Assembly: GCA_002633005.1 (NCBI GenBank)
Contig: NMRA01000118.1
Span: 186,707 to 250,706 of the forward strand
Length of the DNA: 64,000 bases
Origin: Phoronis australis
Taxonomy: Eukaryota; Animalia; Phoronida
Direction: 5' to 3'
This document shows, in pieces, positions 52,493 to 64,000 of the stretch. The notes beneath the pieces were generated by a model. It was given only the letters and a program-made list of their open reading frames with translations. It was not told where the DNA came from and made no database searches. Position 1 is the first letter of the stretch. Every line of letters begins with the position of its first letter. A program made the position numbers and the translations under genes.

Positions 52493-52692
52493 CTAGATCT
52501 GTTCATTCTTTGTCCACGAACGTCCCGGATTGTCTGTCATAGCGTGGCTATCATTCCAGGGGGTACTCCGGTCCACTTTGTTCTTGCGGGTGCACACACA
52601 GACAATGATGATGACAACGAGTATCAGAAGAACTGCACCGCCGGACACTGCCGCAATGATGATGATAGTGGTAGTACTGAGGCCTGATGGGG
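52493..52692 (-). CDS. REJ/GPS protein, last exon (single TM helix and short cytoplasmic tail)
   Basis: Acceptor ttttgtacag; APSGLSTTTIIIIAAVSGGAVLLILVVIIIVCVCTRKNK...KNEQI-stop; phase 1 matches the previous exon. Confidence 0.85.
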
Positions 52693-52699
52693 CTGTACA

Positions 52700-53290
52700 A
52701 AAGAAGAACAGAAATGAGAGAAGGCTGAGTTAAAGGGGGTCAGAGATGAGAGAAAATCGTGTTAGAGGCCGGTATTGACAAAACACTAGACTTATCTGGC
52801 ATAAAGAAAAATAAGAAGATTGTGATAGATTGATAGTGAGAAACAAAACACAGGAATGACGTAAACAGAAACGAGAACATTGGGTTATAAAACAGAAATG
52901 AGTGAAGATTGGGTTTGATGGACAGTAAGAAAACACAAGATTGAGTTAAACAGAAATGAAGCTGGGTTAGAGGGATAGTGAGAAAATGCTAGATTGACAC
53001 AAAAAATCAACTAGAGAATGCTGGGTTAGACGGATAATGAAATAACAGTAGATTTACATAAACAGAAATGAGGATAGGTTGGAGGCCAGTGAGAAAACAC
53101 TAGACTGACATTAACAGAAATGTTAGTAGATTGGGTAAGAGAACAAATCAAGTCAAGAGTAATGCGAACAGAAACGAGAGGGAGGGAGGGAGAGAGGGAG
53201 GGCGGGGAGGGAGGAAGAGAGAGAGAGAGATTGAGATAAGAAGAGAGTGGGATAAAATAATATGAACAACTATTGGGTAAGAGAAATACC
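52700..53290. repeat. Intronic purine-rich degenerate tandem repeat plus (GA)n
   Basis: Recurrent GAGAAAACACTAGA...AAACAGAAATGAG...TGGGTTAGA units; GA microsatellite at ~53175-53250. Confidence 0.75.
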
Positions 53291-54786
53291 AAGATGTCAT
53301 GACAGTGATGTCAGAATAATCAGACAATTGACCGAAAATTCCCATTGCAACAGGCAAATGGAATTTTGTCTGCTTACTGTCAGCACAGGTAAGTCAAACC
53401 AACATCAAGAGCTACTCAGCAGTAAATTACCTTGGGACATTCCATTTTGCATTCAAATTTGCAACACATCATAAACAGTCATGGATTCATGAAATGAGAC
53501 AAGTTACATGGTCCTCTTAATACACTGAGGGCAAAATGGAGCTCTGTAGTATTCATGGCTCAATACACAGCTTCAAGCCTCATTCTTATTTTACCCATCG
53601 AAGCAGCAGCGCTCAGCATAACTGTCATGACTGCTATGTGAAAACAGAAAGTGTGGATGAGGGCAACTTTGGTTTTTCAAACTAACTTGAACAGAATTTT
53701 GTTATTTTACGTAGGTCTATTGGCCTAACCATGCAGATAAACCTACCAGTTAAAGCTTTAGCAAAATAAGAAAACGCGAGTTTAATCACTCAAAGGTAGG
53801 CCAGTAAAATGATAGGTGAAGTTCCTTTTTTCATGCCATATTGCATCACCGAGAGATCCCAGCACAAACAATAAAAGGCCAATAACAGTTACATTCAATA
53901 GGGTTCTGAATGGAACATTATTGTGTGTGGGTTATCCATAGCTGTTTGATTTAAAAGGTGATTCTTGCGGTGACAATAGGCACTAATTAGCCAATATGCC
54001 GAACAGTTCATCATCACATTTGGCAATATATGGCTCTGGTGGGCTCAGAGCGATGCTCCTAACATACTGTAGGAGCCTAATTGTTCAAGATAAGCTACAG
54101 CACATGCAGTTTTTCATGTAACCCAGTTTGTTATCATTCATCCTCTCATTTTCTGTATAACCGGACTTCGAGATAAATGGGCTTTTGCATTATGAAGTTA
54201 GTACAGTGGACTAATATTCTTTCTAGACCACAAGAATTTTAGACACAATGTGAAAGGTGATTCAGAAGGGTCTAAACGTAGTGCGGTACTTAGTATACTC
54301 GAAAAGACCAGACTAGCGATCGGACCAAAGTTGGTCTGATTACTACGCACAATGCAAAAGGTTGCACCACCGCTTCACGTGAGTGCAACGTTCTTCTCTC
54401 GTCATTTCATACACTCTCAACATTGTTGCTATATTGTTTACTCACTGTTCACTGCACAATTTTATACTTAACCATGTCTCAAAATAAGAACAGAAGTCAG
54501 ATCCATATTACGGTACAGCGTACCTATATCTCATGTTTAGTACAATCAAGCTTTAAAGTTAGGACGGTGGGCATGTTAGTCATGTCAAGTGAAAAAGGTG
54601 GCAATTTGATATGGTGGGTTATCACGCTGGTCTAAAATATGTTCCTACCACGAAATAGTCCAGACTAACTCTAATGCTAAAGCAGCTAACAGTGAAAACA
54701 AAAACTAAAGTTACACGATACATTCATTTAGCATGTGATAACAACTTTACAGGCATTATGTGTTTATACAGGTGCAAGTGATTTAC

Positions 54787-54816
54787 CTGGAGTGGTCTTC
54801 CCGCTTCCAGTAGAAT
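54787..54816 (-). CDS. REJ/GPS protein, 30-nt micro-exon (S/T/G stalk)
   Basis: ttctcag | ATTCTACTGGAAGCGGGAAGACCACTCCAG | gtaaat, encoding DSTGSGKTTP; phase 1-1. Confidence 0.7.
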
Positions 54817-55115
54817 CTGAGAATGACACACAGACAGATAATAACAATATCAACAAATATGAACAACCACTGTAACATATCAAATAATATAACTCAAAGC
54901 AGAATTATAGAAAATGCTCAAACATACAAAATTGGACTAAAAACTGCAGCAGGAGTGTGTTGTAATTCATTGTTGACAGTGTTGTATTCAGCTGACAGCA
55001 GTTGGAAACAAAAACGAGGAAACTGAATGAAATCAGAACCAAGTTAGAAATTTAGTATAACAAAATTATAATTGACTTACAAAGTACATCATGTTAACTT
55101 ATTGATTTAACTTAC

Positions 55116-55139
55116 CAGGAGTGGCTGCAGTTGACGGAC
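55116..55139 (-). CDS. REJ/GPS protein, 24-nt micro-exon (S/T stalk)
   Basis: ttacag | GTCCGTCAACTGCAGCCACTCCTG | gtaagt, encoding GPSTAATP; phase 1-1. Confidence 0.75.
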
Positions 55140-55921
55140 CTGTAATAACACAAATGATATGAGTGCTAATTAAAAAAACAGTCCCAAGACTGGTAAAAAC
55201 ACATGAGTAATTTTTAAACTAAACTGAACAACGTTGAATTTTGACAAAGTATCAAAGCAAAAAGTCTGGCTAGGTTTCAATATTTTCATAAAGACAAGAA
55301 TAAACTTTAATTCTGATTAAATTTCATCATTATCTTGAAATGCTTTTGAGCTTGAGTGTTTACAGCTGAAATTCTGCCCATTTGCCTAATTCTTCACTAA
55401 AATAAGCCGCTTGACAAATGCTTGAGCTTCAACAATAGTCACATACCAAATTCAACACTGCGTGCTCCTTCACGCAAGTACAAAAACACATTGTGTTCGA
55501 AACTTTAAGACGCTTAACTTTTCATAGGACTAGAAAATACCAATACAGTGTTTCTGCCAATTTCATCGATTTTGTTTTGCAACTCACAGTGCAAAAGGAA
55601 ACCTGAGCAAGCATTAGATGACATAACATTGAAACAATCTTGCTACAGACTTACGATATGGCATGGGATCAGCGCGGGATAGTGAAGTGCCCCACTACAG
55701 CATTGTGGGTAGATATTGCAGAACTCGGGGAGCTGTATCATTTCGGGATGTGGCAATTCTTTTTAAATGAATAGGTGAGGAAACCATTTTTGGCAAAAAA
55801 ATTAATTATGCGGTTCAATCAGATTTCGAGTATTCCCAAAACATGCACTTGACAGAAAAACCCGACAACAAAATGGATTGAGTACATTTCATACACTCGT
55901 CGATCGTTTCATATGACATAC

Positions 55922-56155
55922 CTTGGGTTGTAGGTGGTTCCTCAACTATGACTGTAAATGTCGACAAATGCGTGGTCTTACACGTGACACTGGTGTCATT
56001 GACGGAAACAGTGGTGACCCCTTGTGATGACCAGGCACTTGCGACCTGGTCCCAGAACTTGCACGTTACCATGCCAACAGTGGAAGCAGGAGTCCGTGAT
56101 CGTGGCATCTCTATCTCCACCTCCGTGCCAAGGTTGACAATAACTAAAGCCTCGC
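55922..56155 (-). CDS. REJ/GPS protein, GPS (GAIN-B) exon
   Basis: CKFWDQVASAWSSQGV...VTCKTTHLSTFTV is a canonical GPS with an HL|S cleavage motif; ag/gt boundaries; phase 1-1. Confidence 0.92.
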
Positions 56156-57358
56156 CTGAGAATAACAGTTTTAATAGACATTTATTATGCCGATAATCAT
56201 AATTCAGACTCACACGTTTATATCCAATAATGCGTTTTTTAAAATAATTTTAATAGCTAAAAAGTTTCACATGTAGGCACTACTAAGTATGCAGGAGAAA
56301 TATAACATGTTTTGTGTATTTTCTTAAAGTGGGCATTTTCAGTGTTTTCTATTATAAGCTCATTTCAATATGTCACATGGACATGTCCAGTAAATGCCTT
56401 TGCAAGCTATGTGTCACACCTACATAGTACCACTCAGTGGATTTTAACCACATAGAGCTCTAGGAAAATGGCACATGTCCAAACATTAGTAACCTTAGGC
56501 TTCAATACCCCCCCCCCCGTGTGGGAACTTCTCTGCCCTAAACACTGGTAAACAACTTGGGCATAATTTGCAAAAGCATTAAACCTAGAATTTAGTGTTA
56601 GTGATGCTAAACTATACGATAGAGTTTTGATATTTAAAAATCGATGAACTCAAATTACACCTCATGGCATTTAAAGGATTAATGTGTTGACTGATGATTA
56701 GGTTTACTTTCCACTTCATTATTATTAGTTATCTTCACATACAAAAGACATGGTTCAGCACCAGGACTTGATGTAAAGCTATTAGGGTTTTCAGACAACT
56801 TTGGGCTGTGGCCATTTCGGTAACAAACGCTTGACAGGTTGTGAGCGTACTCACAAAATATTAAATTTCTTTTGCATGACTTTGCAAGCAAGTTGTTTCA
56901 TAAAACACACTCCAGGCTCATCCACCACTTTTTTAAATCATATGCAGATACCTCACTTTGCTTTAACAGATTTTTTCACTTACTGTCAATAAGACCAAAC
57001 TTAATTTGGACTAAGGTGATTGCAGTAATTGTTCACTGGAATATTGCGACCGGGTTCTCAATCCCTTACTTCATGATTCTGTCAGTTGTTTTAAAGTCAA
57101 CTGCTTTCTAAAACACCGGATGGCAACCTGTGTATCTCACAAGAGAGTGAAACACAATCACCTCTTGAGAAAGGAATTGCGTTTATTGAACAAAATTGCG
57201 GTAAATGAGAACATTAAATGCAGGTCATGATTGAAGATTGCATGTACGATAAGACATCATTAATGAGATCACTTTTGTGGCTGCCCTAAAACTCACGAAT
57301 ATTTAGTGTACATCATCTAACTCCTACTGCCTGTGTGTTTGCTCACATATTTACGTAC

Positions 57359-57522
57359 CTGTTAGCGGGTGACTCAACACCAACTCCACTATGTCCGCTA
57401 CACGGTTATCCACATCAGACTGCCGAGTAGACTTAGGGTCCATGGACGTTTCATACTGCGTGAGGGACACCTTAACCCCAAAACAGCTGGTGAATTGATT
57501 ACCACAGTCCCAGTCAGTATAC
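57359..57522 (-). CDS. REJ/GPS protein, GAIN-region exon
   Basis: ctgtag/gtacgt boundaries; YTDWDCGNQFTSCFGVKVSLTQY...IVELVLSHPLT; phases 2-1 fit the neighbouring exons. Confidence 0.8.
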
Positions 57523-58264
57523 CTACAGATAGAACATTATGTTGTATACTATAGTCAAACGTCATTAGCAATCTGTGTTTTATTTTTTAAATGACAATCA
57601 CCCTTACATTTTAAGATAATCTCCACTCATTTTGCACAAATTAAATCATTAAGAAACATATTTTCCCGATAGTCGAGGTATGCCAAAGCTGAATAGTAAT
57701 ACAGAGTTTGTAGTTGCAGGTGTGCAAAATTATCAAAGAAAGTATGCATTGCCAACTGCCAGTGTGCGAATTAAATAAAACGTGGCCTGTGGGTTGCCAA
57801 ACACAACCAATTTACAGTAATTAATAGGTTACTAAAAGTTCTTTACCCCATTGTTGGTGAAACACTATTTTGATCACATGATTTAGAGTTACATGACACT
57901 CATCCAGGTCACCTGTTTCACCTTGTGTTTGCAACAGCATGAAATATTGCATATGGTTGGACTAAAACTGTTCCGACCTTATTAACACTGAGTCTTTCAG
58001 TTAAAATTACGTATTACTTAAGTTTGGGCTGGTATTTTCCCACGTGCAAAACTGACGGAGTGAGAATTAGGTGAGGCAAGAAATTCACACCAAGTAGCCT
58101 CGCACAAAGTAAATGAGGGTGGAGGGGGGGAGGGGGAGGTTTGGGTAAGACTGTAAAATACTCAATAATTCAATGAAAATTGAAATGGCGATGACCGTCA
58201 GTGCACTGTCGATCACGGGTATACACTGTTTCTAATGTTCAGTAGTACAAAAAAGCAAAATTAC

Positions 58265-58832
58265 CTGTTTTCCAGCTCTGTTCCAAAGTTCACCCTCACC
58301 GGTTTGGAAGCCGAGGACTTCATGCCTGAGGTCAGGTCCCTGAAGGCGGCGGTCATCGTGTACTTGTTCCCGTTCACCACTGTAGCCGCAGACCCATAAT
58401 CCAGAGTCTTACTGAGAGCCTTGATTATATTCTTCTCCACCTCATTTAGCGAAACCTTGTTGCTACCAGAGTAACTCCTCAGTCTGTTGATAAGATCCAT
58501 GACTGTTGAATAGGTGTTACTGTCCACTCCATCACCACTAGCAAGGACTGCCACATAGCTGTTTAAGTAAGTGATCATACTGGCCTGGTCAGAGCTGTTT
58601 GTACTAGATAGATCTATGTTGACCAGAGCATCTATCATAATGAGGCTCTCAGCCTCGTCATAACTACCAGTGTTATGGGATGCAGCGACCACCTCAAGTT
58701 TCTTCTGTGGGATGGATGCTGTGCTATCGGGAGGGGTAATTGGCACGGCACGCTTCCTGCGTAGATTCTTTCCCTTGGACTTGAGTAAGTCCGTCAACGG
58801 CTCTAAAGAAACCATGGCACTGGAATAGTCAC
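58265..58832 (-). CDS. REJ/GPS protein, helical GAIN-A-like exon containing RRKR
   Basis: 568-nt open exon within ORF 58261-58881; cttctag/gtaa boundaries; phases 1-2. Confidence 0.85.
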
Positions 58833-59254
58833 CTAGAAGGACAAGGTGAATAATGTCAAATGATTTGAACAACTGGCACATCTACATAGGGTGGCATGAA
58901 GCCAGCAGTGAAACTGCACATCATCTGAGCAACACAGCAGGTGAGCCTTCAGGGCAAGTGAAACTGGAATTGTCCAACAGAGCACGCCACTGTTGTGGGA
59001 CTGGGACAGTACAACGCTGATTAACATCAAAGCTAAATGTGTTGATGATGGCAATTTATACAGCTGTGACTCTCTCCTGAAGGACTTATTCGATGAGCAA
59101 GCTGTTTATCAAAAACAGGCTAAGCAATATTAAATTTACCAGTGAGTGGTTGGCCTAGCTCCGTCTTCTATTCACCATAATTAACATTCAATGAATGATA
59201 ATACAAACAAAGAAATGTGATGCTGAGCTTGAAATAACTATTACAAATTCTCAC

Positions 59255-59381
59255 CAACTTGCACGTAGTCATCAACCTCACTCAAGACCTCGTCCTTCTC
59301 AGTTTCACTGATGTCACTCTTGGGTGTAATAGTAAGCTGATCTCCAATAACCAGCTGAGGATCATCAGTGGCACCGGCTGC
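59255..59381 (-). CDS. REJ/GPS protein exon
   Basis: ttatag/gtgaga boundaries; AAGATDDPQLVIGDQLTITPKSDISETEKDEVLSEVDDYVQV; phases 0-1. Confidence 0.8.
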
Positions 59382-59500
59382 CTATAAATATAAACAAGTG
59401 TACTGTGAATGGTACTCCATATCCTAAATATAAAGTGTACTGTGAAGGGTATTCCATATCCTAAATATAAACAAGTGTACTGTGAATGGTACTGCATACC
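59382..59500. repeat. Intronic ~37-40-bp tandem repeat (3 copies) abutting a splice acceptor
   Basis: CCTA(T)AAATATAAA(CA)AGTGTACTGTGAA(T/G)GGTA occurs three times. Confidence 0.85.
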
Positions 59501-60821
59501 AGTGTCAGCTAAGTACTATCAATAAAACTGTCAGAATATCACAAAGATAGATATAAAGTGAGTGTGTAAAGAAATTTTGTGATTCTTGCTATTACATAGC
59601 TGAGAACGCACTACAAGATTGTACTGTGTTACGAGACAGGGCTGCTACAGCCAACAAGGCATTTAGGGATTATTGTAGGGCATGACCCGCCAGGCATTAC
59701 ATCGTTATTTCAACCTTGAAATGATGTCAATATTTAAGTTGATATTTGGTTGTAAATTCATTAAAAATATCATAGTTATTAGATGTCGATTTCTGACGTA
59801 TAGTCGATGCTGGCTCCCACAAAATATTGACGCGCAAACAACACCAATGCCACCAACCATCAGCCTCAAATCACGACCTCTATGCCATGTCAGGTCTGAC
59901 AAAATATCGATATGCCATAAAAGCACCATTAGATTCAGCAATGAAGTACCTCACAGTGGCTTAGCATTGCGCTTTATAGCGGCCAGCGTATCTGGACCTC
60001 ACTTGTTTAGCAGAATACGTAGAAGTCTAATGACAAATCCACGAAATGGAAAGAGCGAAATAGGACTGAGTTGACTGCAGCCTTTGATCAAAAAGTTAAA
60101 ATAATATTGCTAAGTGGATTGCATAAAAACATGACTGTGTATTATCAAATCACTGCAAGGTGAAGTTCTGTTCACTGGAATTTGACCATGGCAGAGTTCT
60201 GACGTTGAACAAATGTGTACACACTTACTAACTTGGTTGTTGACATTGTCAAGACATTGATTCAATGTCACTGATGTCGCGACCAAAAATCAATGTTGTA
60301 TGAACTTCATATGCCCGCTGGGGGTAGACTTCTAGAAGTTATTAAGTTTGAAGACAGCTACGAATGCGGCAAAATTTGTTAGTTTTTTTTGATTTTAAGA
60401 AATCACCAATTCCTAAACTTGACTTCCAACCATAGTAAAATTAACTGAAACCGAGGCAGCTCACCTTCAGTTAAATATGCTTAAAATACCAACTAAAGCT
60501 CCTTGTCACATTCATTTGTCTTTAAGCTCGCAAAGTGTTGATTGATTGCTCATAAGTCGCGGGTTTAAATTTGGTCTTAAGGCAATCTCAGAGATGCACA
60601 AACACAATCCCGCTGTGTTAGGGACTTTCAACTCACCCAGAGACATAATAATAAGATAATGTGATTTGCAACACATTACAGTACCAAGCTCAATAATAGA
60701 TACTGTAGTCTTCCTATGGCATTATATACAATTCAGAGGTTTCCCACTATTCAAATGATAGAAGACTGTCATTACAAGTGGAGAGGGTTGAGTAATGTCA
60801 TGCCCAGCACTGGTCACTCAC

Positions 60822-60989
60822 CTTTACACAGAAGCTTTTTGTCTTGAGTGAAACAATTTTTGAAAATGTGTTAGACAACTGCCACCCAGACACAAACTTC
60901 CGTCGACCAGTATCCTTATCAATCTCACAAAATCTGTATTGAAGAAGTGACCCGTCACTCGCCTGACAGCTGTGTACGAACAGGTCCAC
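60822..60989 (-). CDS. REJ/GPS protein, REJ-domain exon
   Basis: ctccaccag/gtgagt boundaries; VDLFVHSCQASDGSLLQYRF...SFCVK, similar to the REJ C-terminal F.+.C...D..L.Y.F pattern; phase 0-0. Confidence 0.8.
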
Positions 60990-61890
60990 CTGGTGGAGAG
61001 GAGCAGGCGTAAAGTACTGTGACTAAAACTGGCAATCCATGATCATCCCAATACCAATAAATACTTGCATGCAATGCCTGTGCCACAAGTTTTAAATCGC
61101 CATAGTTACCATAAGCAATTAGTGTAACAGTGTCTATAGTGCAATTCAAAAGTTTTGAGACAAAATGATCTGGAACATGCAATTACAGACTGATCATAAA
61201 ATATAGTAATTACCAGTCAATTGTAATATACTATCATAGTTCTCACCATATTTTACACAAAATAATTGCCAAAATTGACATTTTCCATTTTCAAAGACTG
61301 ATCACCGTCTTGTTCCATATAATGCGAACATTTATTTACCAAATGTTGGTTTAAGACATCCACACACTCAGTACAACCCGGCCGCCACCTTAAAATTGTT
61401 TAGTTTATTTCTTTGGAGCCATATTATGTGCCAAATAGTTTTAGGTGACATTCGGCTCCAAAATCGGGGGATTGAATGCCCTGATAGGCCCATGCACGCG
61501 CTTATATCCCAAATTATGAATCGTTTCCATGTTTTTCATTGCTCAAAATGTTTCACCTACAACAGCGTGCACTTAACCTCTACCAGCTATTGGACGTAAA
61601 CGGGTATCTCCAGGCTACAATGGCTTCACAGTACAATGCACATTGCATCACTCTGAATGTCTCACCCATTTTTAGTATTTTTTATTTAAATGTTAACTGT
61701 GATTGAAAATATGTCAGTGCCAACATAAGTCAGGCGCTTTAAAACCTGGTTCTCCTGTTGTACAATTCAAGTGTTTCAACAGATGAATTTCTTTAAATCC
61801 TGACAGAGGCATAACTAGCATCACATGGTGAACAAGCAAAATCATCCTGAGATCTTTTCATCTTATTTTATATTAAAAGTGAGTCATTAC

Positions 61891-62042
61891 CTTATCAAGC
61901 TCTGTGACAACTGTCGGCCCCTCAAAGATACAGCCTACAATTGACTGCTTAACCTTCACTATGACACCTGCATCGGCGCTTTCATTAGCTGTATTGGTCA
62001 CAGCAATGTTGATTTTGTAGGTGCCACCACTCTGCAAGGCAT
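61891..62042 (-). CDS. REJ/GPS protein, REJ-domain exon (gene continues upstream, probably beyond the window)
   Basis: ttttcag/gtaatg boundaries; ALQSGGTYKINIAVTN...AGVIVKVK..IVGCIFEGPTVVTEL, similar to REJ L..G.TY...V.V...V....G.C...P...EL. Confidence 0.8.
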
Positions 62043-62289
62043 CTGAAAATCACATGTCAACCACGATAACAAACTTCCACTGCCAAGCGTCTTTCGAGTT
62101 GCCCCATCACTGTCACTTTTTTGCATTTTTTGAAGAAACTTTAATCTGTCAATCTCTTACCCGTTGAATTTCAGTTGATGCAATGACCTCTAAACTTTCC
62201 ATCGTCTAGGTTTAATAGACTTAATTTAAAAACAATTCTGATTCAGGATCCCGGTTTGAAATGTCAGATGCAAGATGGGGCCTAAACTT

Positions 62290-62470
62290 ACCTCAGATTA
62301 GTCATGACTAAAATATGATCAGTTTGTGACTAAATAATTAGTCATGACTGGAATGTGACTAGAATGTCTGAAAATATGTGATAGACTTTCCATACTATAT
62401 GGGTATCACTTAAATGAAACTAATATATCCTTGTGTATATGGATGTGACTTAAATATGAGTAATTGATAT
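62290..62470. repeat. Degenerate short-unit tandem repeat
   Basis: Recurrent TGACTA(A/G)A / GTGACT(T)AAAT motifs. Confidence 0.55.
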
Positions 62471-63757
62471 CTTTGCCTCAAACAGGTATAACTTTTACTT
62501 ATTACACCCATGAGGTTACAGAGTTTCTTAGTGGTAGTCTAATTTCACAAGTATGGTATTCCATAAGCTCAGAGCTTTAAGTTATGTCAAAATTCTCACA
62601 AAAAGTGCACCAGGAATCCAGTCCAGGTGAAAATTGACAGTTGCACCATGGTCCTGGGAAGGTTGGAGTTTGCTAATGCCAACACAAAAGTCCATTGAAT
62701 TCAGCCCAGCTGCTTGGGCTGCTTGGTCACCTATGTAATCCTTTATGACAAGTACCTCATTATGTCATAAAACTAGGTGCCTGTTGACTGTTGGCAGCCC
62801 AGCCAGCTTGCTCTCTATTGTGTTGGCAGGGAATGGGGTAATAGAAACTTGTGCTTCAGTTCACAAATTTAACTGGATTTTGGCTTGAATTTTCACCTAT
62901 ACCTAGGTCCCTCATGGGGGAACACCACACCAGGAGGTGGTACAGCAACCAGTTAGGTACTGTATTGGGTCAGTACCATTTCGACTGGAGCACCTTAATT
63001 TCTAGTCTCCTGAAATTTTCAGAATGATAGGCAATGTTAACAGTGTAATTTCCTCTCCTTATGGCTTAGCCTTAAACCTGTATTATATATGCAACACAAA
63101 ATAAAAGAAATTTCCCACCACGACCGCCAACACTTCGAAACCAGTCATAAAAAGATCACGCCTAGTTGTCTAATCCACAGAGGTAGTGTCGTGATCTTCA
63201 AAAGAAATAAATATTCTTGGAATTTTTTTGGACGAAAATATTAATTTTACAATTTCGTTTCCAGTGCTTTTTCCTAGCACTTAGCCCTGTCGGAATTTTC
63301 TTGTTTGACTGAATTTTCTGTAATTTTTGTCCAAATGTGGGGAAAGGGAAATTATCCCCTGGTTATAAGCCTATGCACAGACAATGTGTTATAGCATAGT
63401 TGACAACATCACACTAACTGTATGCGCTACTTAGGAATATTTCATTGAATAGGGTGTCGGGGAAAAAATTGCTAATAGGGGTCCACAGCAGTCGGACCAC
63501 CCAAAAATCAACATCCTTGGCCTTCTCAGCAGAAACACATTCAATTTTGTAATGATCCTTCGAGTGGCTTGACAGACAGAAAGATGCACTTCAACAAAAA
63601 ACATACTAAAAGTGATAAAAATGGCTACTCAAAGGCACAGAATACGACAAATCATTCATAGAAAACCTCTACGTCCCAGGCACGCCTTTGCCAATAAAAG
63701 CATGTCCGACAAATTTCATTAACACCTTTCACAATTACAACGTCAATCATGAACCTT

Positions 63758-64000
63758 GTTCACCAAAGTGGAAAATCAGAGAGGAGAACGGTCAACACTC
63801 AGACGACCAACACCGCGAATTCCCCTACTCGTGTGATGATTCCCTATGTTAAGGGTGTGTCTGATCTTCTCAACAGGACATTTAAACAGTTTGACATTTG
63901 TGCCATTCACAAACCGGTTGATTTTCTCCGCAGCCAACTGGTTAACGTCAAAGACAATGCTCCTAAGCATAACAAATCATGCGTAGCCTATGGTGATCAG
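63758..64000 (+). mobile_element. Penelope-like element fragment (linker just upstream of the GIY-YIG endonuclease)
   Basis: IPYVKGVSDLLNRTFKQFDICAIHKPVDFLRSQLVNVKD....NKSCVAY matches the Penelope/Poseidon IPYVxGxS...HKP..LRS.L...KD...KSxVVY pattern; runs off the window. Confidence 0.85.

Noticed and set aside
59940-60720. Additional REJ exons in this intron
   Set aside because: Candidate ag/gt segments contain stops or the wrong phase, and exons 60822-60989 and 59255-59381 already join in frame.

Overview
AT-rich, intron-containing eukaryotic DNA, most likely from an invertebrate animal; there are no prokaryotic operons or CRISPR arrays. Two host genes can be reconstructed by eye, both on the minus strand. 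(1) A STELLO/DUF288-like type II membrane glycosyltransferase has exons at 37695-37832 and 37358-37554 and a large terminal exon around 32655-34570, but its exon-3 junction looks damaged. (2) The 3' part of a REJ-GAIN/GPS single-pass membrane protein (suREJ1/PKD1-like ectodomain, no channel or 7TM region) has nine frame-consistent exons from 62042 down to 52493, including two micro-exons. The rest is a dense mosaic of transposable elements: a >3.4 kb dispersed repeat in two copies, a ~5.1 kb segment with ~340-bp inverted ends embedded in (TA)n, hAT-like elements carrying a tRNA-like module, solo-LTR-like repeats, THAP relics, LINE fragments (RT, APE, RNase H, Tx1/L1 zf-RVT), a Penelope fragment, MITEs and minisatellites. 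All calls come from manual reading and translation; no searches were run. I found no convincing new multi-gene system.
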